In this document: in pieces, positions 50,481-61,638 of the stretch
Layout: each line of letters begins with the position of its first letter
Position numbering within the stretch: position 1 is the first letter of the stretch
DNA from: Lama glama
Lineage: Eukaryota
Length of the DNA: 64,000 bases
Direction of reading: 5' to 3'
NCBI GenBank assembly: GCA_028534125.1
Contig: CM052816.1
Span: 74,588,001-74,652,000 of the forward strand
Made by a program: the position numbers and the translations under genes
The notes under the pieces: model-generated
Database searches by the model: none
The model's input: only the letters and a program-made list of their open reading frames with translations
What the model was told of the DNA's origin: nothing

Positions 50481-53399
50481 CTTTCCAGCTCCACAACAGA
50501 TTTTTTTTAATACAATTTTCAGCAGCCTAAAAATAATGGGAACATTTGATGGTGTAATTTTATCAACTGACCCAGTGCTAGGACAATTTTCTTCACTTTT
50601 CAACAGTTCATAAATACTGAACTTTGGGTAAAAGCCTATCTCAGAATTCTTCCTGGCTGGCTTTAAAGAACCAGGGGTGCAAATTGTCCTGGGAGTGTCC
50701 CACCCCTTCCTTTTTCCATACTCCTGCCATGAGATGACAGGCATTTCTGGGACCACTTGGCCAAAGGGCTGCTTGCCTCTTTGAAAAATATTGCTGCTCA
50801 CAGGCCAGAATTTAAATTTAAATGGAAGAACACCCTCCCATGAAATTTGATTAACCTTTTCTAAGTGAGCCAGCTTTTTATTCCGGTAAAATTTATACAC
50901 TGAATCTCTGGCAAAGAGCCCCTGCCGAGCACCCGTTTTCTGTCTTGGGTCAGGCCTCTGAGGGCCTAGTGAGCAGAGAGCAGCTGTCCTCTTGAGCTTA
51001 AAAGCAGTTGTGAGCTCCCCTCAGGGCGGCAGGGTTACACTTAAGATAGGACAGCAGCAGGCTGTCCTTCTGGACAAGACGCTTTCCATTTTGATCAGAT
51101 TTCATGATTCCAAGACTAAGCAGAAGCCTGACCAATCACAGGAGCAAACCTCCCTCTTCTGGAAAGTGTTTCTCTCTGGTCACTTTTTACAACTTCTGAA
51201 AACCATCCGAACTACCAGACTGAAAGGGCACCCTAGCAGTAGACACCTGTGGCCCTACTTAAGGAAGCAGGAGTCATGTTTGTAGTTAGTGAATCGTATG
51301 CTATGTCTAGGAGTCTTGAAAGTTTAGTCGAAAGAACAGCATTTCACTGAGTTCTAAGTTCACATGGGTTGACTCACCTGCTTGTCCAGAAAGATGCCTT
51401 TTCTGGGTTTCTTAAAGGATGTCCAGAGCATGGAAACTCCAAAGGGCCACCATCTCCCCAGAGCAAAGTGTTTAGGATATGCGTTTACCACCGTCATCAG
51501 TCTACATGCAGCCAACAACTATTAAGCACCCACTCTGTGCTGAGCACAGAGACAGCGGTTGCTGGTTCTAAACACAAGCGACAAATCTGAGTCAAATCCT
51601 ACCCCTGGAAAATAGCCCAGAATTACTATATAGTCAACAATGACAACTGTTGGGTTTTAATCCCTTCTGACAGCCCTGACAGAACAGGAGTGTTTGAGTT
51701 TTGAGAGTTCAGATCTGGGTGAACTGATCAAACAGCTACGTTCAACCTGCCTTCAAGTTAATGTTTCAGACACGGGCTAAGACTTCCCTTTATAAGTTTT
51801 TCAACCCATTTCTTGCTACGTCACTTGGCCTCATTAAATGGGCATCACTTTTAGATTTGATTCCCTTCCCTAGCATGTTCACTAGGCCTCATTTGGGAAA
51901 CAGATGATACCAACAACGGTTATCCCTTTCCTCAGTAATCCTTATCACCATCAAGATATTTATTTTGAATGTTATGAAGAAACTTTCTACATATTGAAAT
52001 AAAATTCATCTTGAAGATGTCATAGAATCATAAAGTCACAGATGGGGCTGAAAGGAACCTTTATGCACCCAGCTCAGGCTCCTTGGACAGATCTCCTTTG
52101 CAGACTATGTACACTGACAATGAAGAGTGAATGCTAATAAGAACCACAAACAAGCGTGTGAGGAGAGCTGGGGAGAAGGCAGAAAAGACAGACCATCGCC
52201 TCACAGGATTCCAGTGACAGCTTGTTAGAGACAGTCACACTCTGATGCACTGGACATTGCCTGAGCTCAGAAGCCTCCAATTTCTGCTGAGTTTCCATTG
52301 GCTGTATTTCTCCTTCCGAAGGAAACTTTAGGAAAAGGGTTTATATAAAGTAGCAGAGGAAAAAGAACAGTTTTCAAGCAATTTCTCTCTTCAGTTAGCA
52401 GTTTCTTACCATTATTTTTAGTTAACTCACTGTCAATTTGCATTATTTATTAAGAGTTCAGGATTTTAATTTGATGTATTTTTCTTAACTAATACATAAA
52501 ATTGTACCAAGCGAAGGGTAGCCCTGTTCAAAACAGACCTTAAAGATGAGGGGGAAAAGCCCTGTGTCCCCACCGTCAGATGCAGCAGGGATCTGGGTCC
52601 TAATTCCCGCTCACTCGCCGCATCTCTGCGTTTGATCTCTGACTCTGCTACACAGGCGATTTCTGGTTTGTTACTCACTCCATTCCTAAACACAGGGGAA
52701 GAACCACGTTTGTAATGCCTGAAACTTAAGCCATTTGGAAGGACGTTTTTAAGAAGAAGAATCTGATTACATACAAAATGCCCACCATCACTTCAATGCC
52801 AGCCCCCTGAAAGTAAGCACAGCTCGGTCTGTTTCTGGGGCTCTTTGCAGTGCCTCTCACAGGAGTTGCCTCAGGGAGGTCCAGTCTTGACTACGTTTCA
52901 GCAAGCGGCTGGCTCCCCCAATGGCAGCTCATGCCACCATCCTACCCAGGCACACCCACGGTCACAAGAGAGGCCCTCTCAGAAGAAACAAGTCTGCCTG
53001 CCAACATGAAACAGACCATTTTAATTGATTCTAATTGATTCAAAGCTTTCCTGAGCTTTGCCTAAGAATATGGGCTCATCTTCAGAATGCACATTGTACA
53101 GTTCACCTAATTAGGTTCTGGTTGTGACCTACAATGTATCCAGCACAGACCCAGAGAGCAAATTCTTTCTAGCCACAGAGCAGTCTTATCTTTGAGCCAC
53201 TCACTCCTCTGCCACTTAGGAAGAGCAACTTCACTCTTAGCCTCAACTGCTTATCTGGCAAAAATCACGCTGATGGTCACAGAGGTTCACCTAGTCTTTA
53301 GTCGTCATCCACTGACTTTTAACTCTACCCGGAGTAACCTGTGTAAGGGCAGCATGGGAGGTGACATCCAAGCCACGCAATCACAGATTCCGAGTCACG

Positions 53400-53960
53400 A
53401 TTCTTAGAGTACAAGGAACTTCCAAGGTGACCTGGTCAAATCTCAAACCCAGCAGCAGGGCTCAACTCCCCAGAGCTCAGAAGCTGGCTCGTCTGACTGC
53501 AACTGCATAGAGCTGCTCACTTAGAGGCCCTTGGCTTACATGGCAGGCCATTTCCCCGGGGGCTGATTTTAGTGGTCAGACATTCTTCCTTACATTGGCC
53601 CACTTCTAGGCCTCAGTCCCTCGTCTACCACGCCCACGGTGGAAGGAGCCAGGAGTAACCCTCTTCTTACTACCAGTGATGATCTTTTTAACGCTCATAA
53701 ACAATGTATCAAGTTCCACTTAGGCAATTAATTTTCTTCTACTACTAACCATTTGGCATGGTTTCTCATCCTTTCACTATTTCTAAATTTTCTCTAATTT
53801 GTCAGTATCCTTCTTAAAACATGTCACCTACACCTGGACCCATTAATTTAGACGTGGTCTGACTGTGCACATTGGCACCAGATACTTCTATTTTTGTTCA
53901 ATAGCATTTCTACAATCCACAACTGAGCTAACTTTGGAGGGAACTGTGCCAAACTCTTGG
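53400..53960 (-). mobile_element. L3/CR1 LINE relic
   Basis: GGCAGGCCATTT, CATTCTTCCTTACATTG, TTTGTCAGTATCCTTCTTAAAA, GACGTGGTCTGAC resemble L3 reverse-strand motifs. Confidence 0.55.
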
Positions 53961-54639
53961 CTCAAATTAAGCTCATGGTAAATTACATTTAAAACCAGAA
54001 TGTTCTCTAAATTAGATCCTCTAAGGAGAGGATATCATGTGTCTCCAGATGTTATTAAAGCATCGTACAACAATCATCTTCCAGTAGAGGTTTAAAGCAG
54101 GGAATTCCATCATAATCCCTCCACTGACCTTTTGCACTTTGTCAACCCAACTCTTCATCTAAAGATGAAGCAAATTTATCTTCAAATTTTGCTAATGTCT
54201 AGTTGGTATTGTGCTGTATACAGAAGTTGTCCTACAATTTAAGACTAGAGAGTACTCAGTGGAATGGTCACCAGCCCTAAAAAAAAAAAAAGACATCTCA
54301 CCTAACCCAGATTAAGTACATGTTCTATACATTTATTTTATGTTTTTATCATTGTCTCCACTATGTTAACATAGTGCCAACGCCCGCAGTAAGCCTTAGT
54401 CACTCACTGACTAAGCCACTGGATAAAGGATCAGATCCCATACTCCTGCCCTGCCTCCAATGTTGACTGGTTTTCATCAGAGTGTTTCTTTCCCCACATC
54501 ACTCTGAAGAGCTATGGTTCTCCACTAGGGCACGGGGCAGGATAATGCTCGTCTCCACCACTGACTGATTCTGTTACTTTAGAAACATGTATAATCCTCT
54601 CAAGACCCTTGGTTCCCCATCTGCACAAGCCCAACATTT

Positions 54640-54850
54640 TATGTGCTTGAAAACATGTAGTATGTGTAATGGACCAGGTGCAGTACTAAGCACTTTACAA
54701 ACACTAATTCATCTAATCCTCAGGAAAACCAGGCTGAGGGACAGGAAGGTTAACTAACATAGTCAGAGATCACACAGCAAATGCTGGAGCTGGGATGTGA
54801 ATCCAGGCAGCCTGACTCTCATGGGTGTGCTTAACCACCGTGCCACTCTC
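54640..54850 (-). mobile_element. MIR
   Basis: CCAGGTGCAGTACTAAGCACTTTAC..ATCTAATCCTCA..GATCACACAGC..GGAGCTGGGATGTGAATCCAGGCAGCCTGACTC..CTTAACCAC. Confidence 0.88.
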
Positions 54851-56082
54851 TCTCCGTGTCCTCTGATGGCATGATGTTTGGGTAGGAAGGAAGATCACTG
54901 ATCACATGCCTTACATCATAAGTGAATCTCCTAGTATATCAAAAACTGCTCAATTTTCCAATAGTTCTTCAGTTCCTCCTTTCTTTCGTATTTTTTAAGT
55001 TACTGACCAACGGAAGACAAGTCACTCAAAACACAGCTCCTTGAACACAGAGTGGATGCAAATGCCTTGAATGGATCTGGATTCCTTCCAATTACAACTT
55101 TTGGAAGTATTTACCCAAACTGCTAAGGACCATGACAGCCAGTTGACCTATTGCCAGAACAACAGCAAATCAAAAAACTGCTACACCAGGCGTCTGAGGG
55201 AGGAGGAAAAACGCATTTCCTAGGAAAAACATCAAGATGCAGGCTATCCCAGAGCTAAGCACTCGCCCAGTTGAAGGCAGGAATAGAAGGGCACTTCAAC
55301 ATTTGCAGGCAGTTCACAGCAGTATACACAGCAACTTCTACCCTCGCAAATAAGACCTCAAGTAGGACCTTAGGACATACCACCTTGCTCCAGGCTTTTC
55401 TACACACACACTCCCAGTCAGTGAGTCTGTTGGAGTTCAGTACCTATTCTCAGTGCACTCATTCTAGTGAGTGCAGTGCAATGAATTTTTGAAAAATAAT
55501 TAAAGCCAGTCCCCAAAAGCTATAAACAAATTCCTTAAGAATGTGGGGTGATAGGGAAAGAAGGAAATGCAAGTTGGAAGGCAAAGTGGTTGCAGAGGCA
55601 GCTTGACTGAGTGGTGTTTTCCACTCCAAATTTAGATTCCAACTGAATTCAGTACTCCTTCAGCTGAAGGAGAAATACACCAGCACTGCATCGAGCTAGA
55701 GCCCTAAGAGGGGCATTTCTGTTTCACAATGAACCTCACAGGAGGCAGGATCTTTCAGTCTGGGACTAGGGTCTGTGGCAAACCAGTCTCTTAGTTCAGG
55801 ATTTCTCTCTAGAAAATTTAGAGCTAATTACCATTAACTCCTTTCAGACATAATCATTAGAAAGGCACTGATGGGCTTTTAAACGACCAAAAGTCACGTT
55901 TCATGTGAGTGAAGCAGCAAGTAGAACATCTGCATTCAACTAACGTCGTAGATGGTATGACCACCAGGACTCTAGGGAAACCTTTGGGAATACAAAGGTG
56001 AATTTGCAGTCTCATTTTGCTAAGCGGAATATTCTTCTGATATATTAGATGAAAAGAAAGAGCAGTTAATAATTGCAAGGCC

Positions 56083-56144
56083 CTGACACAATTTTGTAAA
56101 CTGACTATACTTCAATAAAACAAAGTTTGATATAGGATAAAAAA
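56083..56144 (+). mobile_element. Extremely truncated L1 3' end with TSD
   Basis: GACACAATTTTGTAAACTGACTATACTTCAATAAAA; AATTGCAAG at 56071-56079 and 56145-56153. Confidence 0.75.
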
Positions 56145-56937
56145 AATTGCAAGACATGGTTTTAAGCAATAAAGCAATATCTGTATATATGTTTATGCAT
56201 ATATATACACACATATATACATTAATACCCACACACTCCTCCCCACCCCCATTTAGGAGATGAGACTATTAGGTTGTTGAGAAAGGCTAACTCTTTGACA
56301 TGCTTTTCTGGAAGACAAAAGGAATATTTACCCCCATTGAGTAAATATCTCTGGTAACTTTCTAGAAGGAAACTCTTACAATATTTGAAAAAAAAATCAG
56401 TAAACAGCTAGAAGATGAAGCAACAGCATAGGCTAAGTCCAAACTTGGAACTCAAACACGGCTTATACTTATGCTCTGGTACCAACAGCGCCATTTCCCA
56501 GTTGTGCACGTGACGCAGACAGCACAGGAACTGAGTCTGGGTCCCAGGAGGCTCCTCTCCTCTCAGGGCTGCCCTGGCTCTGTGAACCCTAAGGCTGCTC
56601 CTATTGTCAGGGAGTTAAGGAAGATGTCCGAATGCTGGCCAGAGGGGAAGGTCTCGCAAGGCTCTAAAACAGGGTGCTTGGAGATGCCTTGAGAGGCCAG
56701 GATGAGCGGGAGCAGTGGCAAGGAGAGAGCGAGCCCCTCCCCAGCCACTGTGAGACCGTCTCTCTCTGGCATCTCCTCCAGTCTAGGCCGAGGCAGAGAA
56801 TCGACTGGTCTGTCAAAGTAGACACTAGCCGTGAACAGGTCTAAGCCTCAATCTCCTTACCTGTCAAGGGGGGATAATGACACTATCTCTTCCATCGCAA
56901 AAGTTTGCTGTGAAAAACCCAACATGGGTGATTCCCC

Positions 56938-57268
56938 TGCGAGACACTGAGTATTTGTGTTCCCCCCAAATTCATACACTGAAACCTAATGCCCAATTAG
57001 GATGGTATTAGGAGGTGAGGAGGTCATGAGCATGGAACCCTCACGAATAGGATCAACACCCTCATAAAAGAGACCCCACAGGAGCTCCCTAACCCCTTCT
57101 GCTGCCCAAGGACAAAGAGAAAAGATAGCTGTCTATGAACCAGGAAGAGAACTTGCCAGCATCTTCATCTTGGACTTCCCAGCCTACAGAACTGTGAGAA
57201 ATTTCTGTTGCTTCTGAGCCACCCAGTCTGTGGTTTCATGTTACTGCAGCCCAAATGGAATAAGACAG
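56938..57268 (+). mobile_element. MaLR solo LTR (MLT1A-like), next to a MIR fragment at ~56830-56935
   Basis: CCCCCCAAATTCATA..GATGGTATTAGGAGGTG..TAAAAGAGACCCCACAG..GACTTCCCAGCCTACAGAACTGTGAGAAA..TAAGACA. Confidence 0.9.
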
Positions 57269-60200
57269 CACCCCCCCCGCCACCTCATTTCCTCCTCTAT
57301 CTAGCAGTCACAGGCCATAAATGTGGAATAATTTTCCTTCTTTTACCACTTCCCATCAGATTAGAATAAGTTTCCTGGACCTATCTTTCCCAATAAAAAG
57401 CGGGAGGATTCAGTTTGTTAGCAATAAGTAAGGAAACAGACAATATTTGTCTTGTCTCGTGTTTCCAAACTGCCTCTTTCCCGGAATAAGAGAAGCCGCT
57501 TTCTAGAACAAAGTTACTCAGAACTACCACTTCATTTGTCCTAAAGTCAGAATTAAATAGGATTCCATTTTATAGACTTTAAAAATTCCTATTGAAATTT
57601 ACCTTGCATGACATTTACAGACATATTAAAAAAATCTATTCTTGAAAATCATCACATTTAGTAGAAGAAAAACAAACTGTCCAAAGTTACTGTTCTGGCT
57701 TTGCCAAACTGATGGCTGCCTCTGGACCCAGCTGTTCTGCTTTTCTTTATGCAGGTGCTCATATTAACCGACTTCCTCCACAGCCTTTCACCGTATCTAA
57801 TGTAGCCTCTGAGTCGCCCAGTACCTCCAATCCCAGCACTATTTACAGAACCCTCTAGTTTCAGGAAGGTCACGGAGTTGCTCAATTGGCCACAGGAAAC
57901 AACCATTCCTGGAAAGAGAATCTTTTCCTATTTCATTTTTTCATTATTTCCCCCCAGATAAATATGTTGCAGTGTACTTTTTCAGTCACCTTAATTTGCT
58001 GACTTGGGTCACTATGGCCTAGCTACTTCCACTCTGGAGAGAAAAATCAGATTCTCTGATTTGTAGTGGAGAAGACAGAAGCGACTCAGCGATAGACATT
58101 AGCATGTGCAGTGTGTGTGTGTGCAGACATTCACAGCTGAGAACGTTGACTCTGCCAAGGACTCTAGGGATCGCCTAGTTCAACCCTCCTTCACCCTCAT
58201 CATACACGTGACAATACGAGGCGGTGTGGCTGAGATGCCCCTTCCCTCCTCCTTCAGTCCATCAGCACGAACCACACAGTGCGGTCATGACCCTCCTACT
58301 CCTCGCTCCCTTCCTCTCTTCTCTCGACTGGAGCTGTATTTCACGGGTTGCGTTCCTACTACCACTATCCACCACCTTCCAGTGGCCTCATTCCCACAAA
58401 GCATCCGGGCTTTCCCACAGCCAGTGCGCCACTCTCATTCCCTAAAAATTCAGAAATAAGCTTTACAACTCAATGCTGCAGGTGAAGCAAAAGGGCAGCT
58501 TCAAAGGGAACTAAGAGAAAACTAACTTTTGAGTCAGAATGTGAGCTCCGTGTCTCATCATGTCCTGGACACGTAGGGCAGGGGTAGCACATCCGTCTGT
58601 CCCCGCAAAACACTAGTGCGGATCCCTGAGGAGCCCTGAGGACCAGACACCAGCAAGCAGAAGATAAAGGCAAACTGCCTCTCAAGTCAGAAGACCTGGA
58701 ATCCAGAACTAGCTCTGACTGAATTAAGTTATGTGGCTATGAGCAAATTTTTTCCTTGGTTAAAAAATGGGATTAAACACTCAATTATTTTTATTCTTTT
58801 TAAAAAATTCTATGATAAAATATATGAATTACAGCTATAGGTTGAAAGGTCTTTGAAGACATTTGTGGTCCAGGCACCCACCTCTCTCCTTTATTTCATG
58901 TTTCTAGAAATATGACTATTCTATTTGGAAAATTTCCAGGAAAATTTAAGTTTAAGATTTTAGTTTCAGAATAAAAAGAAACTCTCAGACTTAACCTAAA
59001 ATCTTTCTGTATTGATACTAATGTTAATCCATTTGGGATGTAAATATCTAATTATAAAATTCCACAATCCTTATAATCTTGGAGTGTAATTTTATTTTTC
59101 AGTATTAAAAGATATGGCCAATATGGCATAAAAACATTTTCCCTGAAGTCATATCACTAAGTCATTAAGCTTGTCTGCTGTGCTCCCCTCTAAATATACA
59201 TTTGTAGCAGGACTTGATTAGTTTTCTACCAAGAAATACATGTTTATTAAATTATACCTCATTCACCAGGACTCCTTATTTATCTTAGTTTTTAATGGAA
59301 AAGTAGATGAAACATTATTACATAAATGCTTACAGAGATGACAATAAATTTATTATAAATTAAATAAAGGAAAGGTTAAATAAACATTAAAATCTTTTAG
59401 GAATTGCAGTCATAGCCTGAAAAATCATAAATCTCCCCCTTACTTTTTTATAACTTAGTCTTTAAATATTTATCAGTGTAATATTGAAACTAAGTTATCA
59501 TTACTTCTTTTCTGGCAATTTCTTTGTTTTTCAAATGCTTACATTAGAGGATCTGTTTAACATTTTCTAGTTTTCCATTTCAGAAATGTTTTGATGCACA
59601 GCTAAACCTCTTCAACATTAAACTATACAATGGGAGTGTTGACACTTCAACCTCCTTATACATACACACGTGTTCTCAAACACACACACATTTTGTTGCC
59701 AAATATCTAAAACACAGTACTCAGCCTCATAACCACAATGAGCCAGAGACAAAGGAGCTTGCTCTCAATAAGGAACTGGTAATAACCTTATACTGAGCAA
59801 ATGTCTATCTGAAAATAGGTCTACCTTGGGGAAAAGTTTTACACAGGATGACAAAGTACTTTAAATATATGTCTGAAGAAATTAAGATCTAAAGACTTTT
59901 CCCCCTTAAAGCTTTTTTTGGGGGTGCAAGTTAAAAAAAACCCAAACAAGTATTATTAAATTTAATTTAGCTTCATTTTAATAAGAAGCAACTTCATAGT
60001 TCCCATGGTCATGCTGACAAATAAAACTTCTCTCTGACTCAGAGCGTCTGAGTTGAGAAACAGTAACATCATTCTAATGACAGACTCAGAGCTACGACCT
60101 GGAACAGACTGACAAGAGAAAACCAGCAATTCAAATGAGCCCTCCAGAGTAACTCCCAGTTTCTTTGTTCAAGCCAGTGTCTGTATAGGGCTGGAAATGA

Positions 60201-60499
60201 GGACATTAGATTGGACACTCATTTTTAAGAGCCTACTTTCAAAGTGTAGCCCAGAACAGCTTCATCAGAATTTGCTTATGAGGCAGCTCTCGGGCCCCGA
60301 GGAGGCCTGCATACCAGAGGGATTATTTCTACAACCTCTCAGGTGTCTGACTTGGAGGTGGTCTGCCAGAGCACAGCCTTGAAGGTAACACTCATTCCCT
60401 GTGCTTTTCCATTCTTCAGCTAGTTCCCACCATGCTGCTTCCCTGAGATTAGATGCTTCCATCTCGCTCTCCCTAGATGCAATCTGCAGGCAGTTTTTC

Positions 60500-61100
60500 C
60501 TCTTCTCATGCTTCTCTCTATAAATACTAAGAGAGCTCCGATGATGAAGCCAGCACTGAGCTAGGTGCCAAAGGCAGAGCTGGAACCAAAATACACAGTC
60601 CCATGTGTGAGATGGACTATTTGGAGGAAGACAATCATGGATCAAATAATCATAGAAATAAATATATAGCTGGTCAAGGATGGCGAAGGTGGGCCTCCCT
60701 AAGGAGGTGACCCTTGAACCGACAGTCATTATATAAGGGGGACCCCATGGGGTGCAAATAGTCTAAGGATCTGAAACATGATAAATGTGGCCCCTACCAA
60801 AAAGGAGGATTGTAATATGAAGCTGGAAAGGTAACATGTGCCAGACCATGTGGCTTTTTGAGGAAAATGGTATAGATTTATTTTAAGAACACTGGGGAAC
60901 AACAAAAGAATTTTATGCAGATAATGAAGGAAATAATGAGGTCTAGGGGGAGGGAATAGCTCAGTGGCAGAGCACATGCTTAGCACGCATGAGGTCCTGG
61001 GTTCAATCCCTAGTACCTCAATCAAAAAAAAATGTTTTTAAAGAAATAATGAGGTCTAAATCTAGAAAAAGGTCACTCTGGCCAAATGTAGGGAAGAGAC
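60500..61100 (-). mobile_element. L2 relic interrupted by a SINE
   Basis: CCAGCACTGAGCTAGGTGC..GGCCTCCCTAAGGAGGTGACCCTTGAACCGA..GCCAGACCATGTGG..GGTCACTCTGGC. Confidence 0.65.
60946..61042 (+). mobile_element. tRNA-Ala-derived short SINE (vic-1 type) with perfect 16-bp TSD
   Basis: TAGCTCAGTGGCAGAGCACATGCTTAGCACGCATGAGGTCCTGGGTTCAATCCC; GAAATAATGAGGTCTA at 60930-60945 and 61043-61058. Confidence 0.95.
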
Positions 61101-61293
61101 AGGCGAGAGCAAAATTCATCTAGCCTGCCTGCCTGTCAGCCAAGCAAAGCTGAAAACTCACAACAAAAACATTTCATGGATTGAAGAAAAAAGTAATGTG
61201 CCCATATGGCCAATAAATGGAAAGCCAAGATTTGAAATATTAGGTAACTCACTTACCTGTCTACTCAATGTAAGTACCCTGCTGATGTGCTGA

Positions 61294-61638
61294 TGTTTTA
61301 GTCTACTCAGGCTGCCACATAAAATACCTCAGATGGCTTAGATGGCTTAGTTAGGACAACAGTAAGTTATTCCTCACTGTTCTGGAGGCTGATCAAGGTG
61401 ACGGTCAATTCCGTTCTTGTTGAGAACCATCCTGCAGATGCTGCCTTCATGCTGTGCCCTCAGGTGTCAGAGACAGCATTGTTCTCTATAAGGTCACTAG
61501 TCCAACTGGATTAGGGCCCCACCCTTATGACCTTGTTTGACCTTTATGACCTCCACACAGGCCGTATCCCTTGATTAGGGCATGAACATATGAATTTGGG
61601 GGTGGGGGGAACATAGACAATCAGTCCATACATAACAC
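61294..61638 (-). mobile_element. MaLR solo LTR (MLT1A/B-like)
   Basis: TTAGTCTACTCAGGCTGCC..TCACTGTTCTGGAGGCT..GGATTAGGGCCCCACCCTTATGACCT..ACATATGAATTTGGGGG..CAGTCCATA. Confidence 0.88.

Noticed and set aside
50367..50900. Longest gap-free ORF (177 aa, minus strand)
   Set aside because: Non-ATG start, no recognisable domain, partly overlaps an L2 relic; consistent with chance
53675..53780. C/D snoRNA (GTGATGA box C)
   Set aside because: No box D at a suitable distance, no terminal stem, and it lies in an L3 relic
57755..57860. Acceptor-like site followed by a Ser/Pro/Thr-rich open frame
   Set aside because: No recognisable homology and no supporting partner exon
4000..60050. Window-wide excess of AP-1 (TGASTCA) sites
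   Set aside because: Roughly a dozen sites by eye, close to chance for a 7-mer in 64 kb, and several lie in repeats
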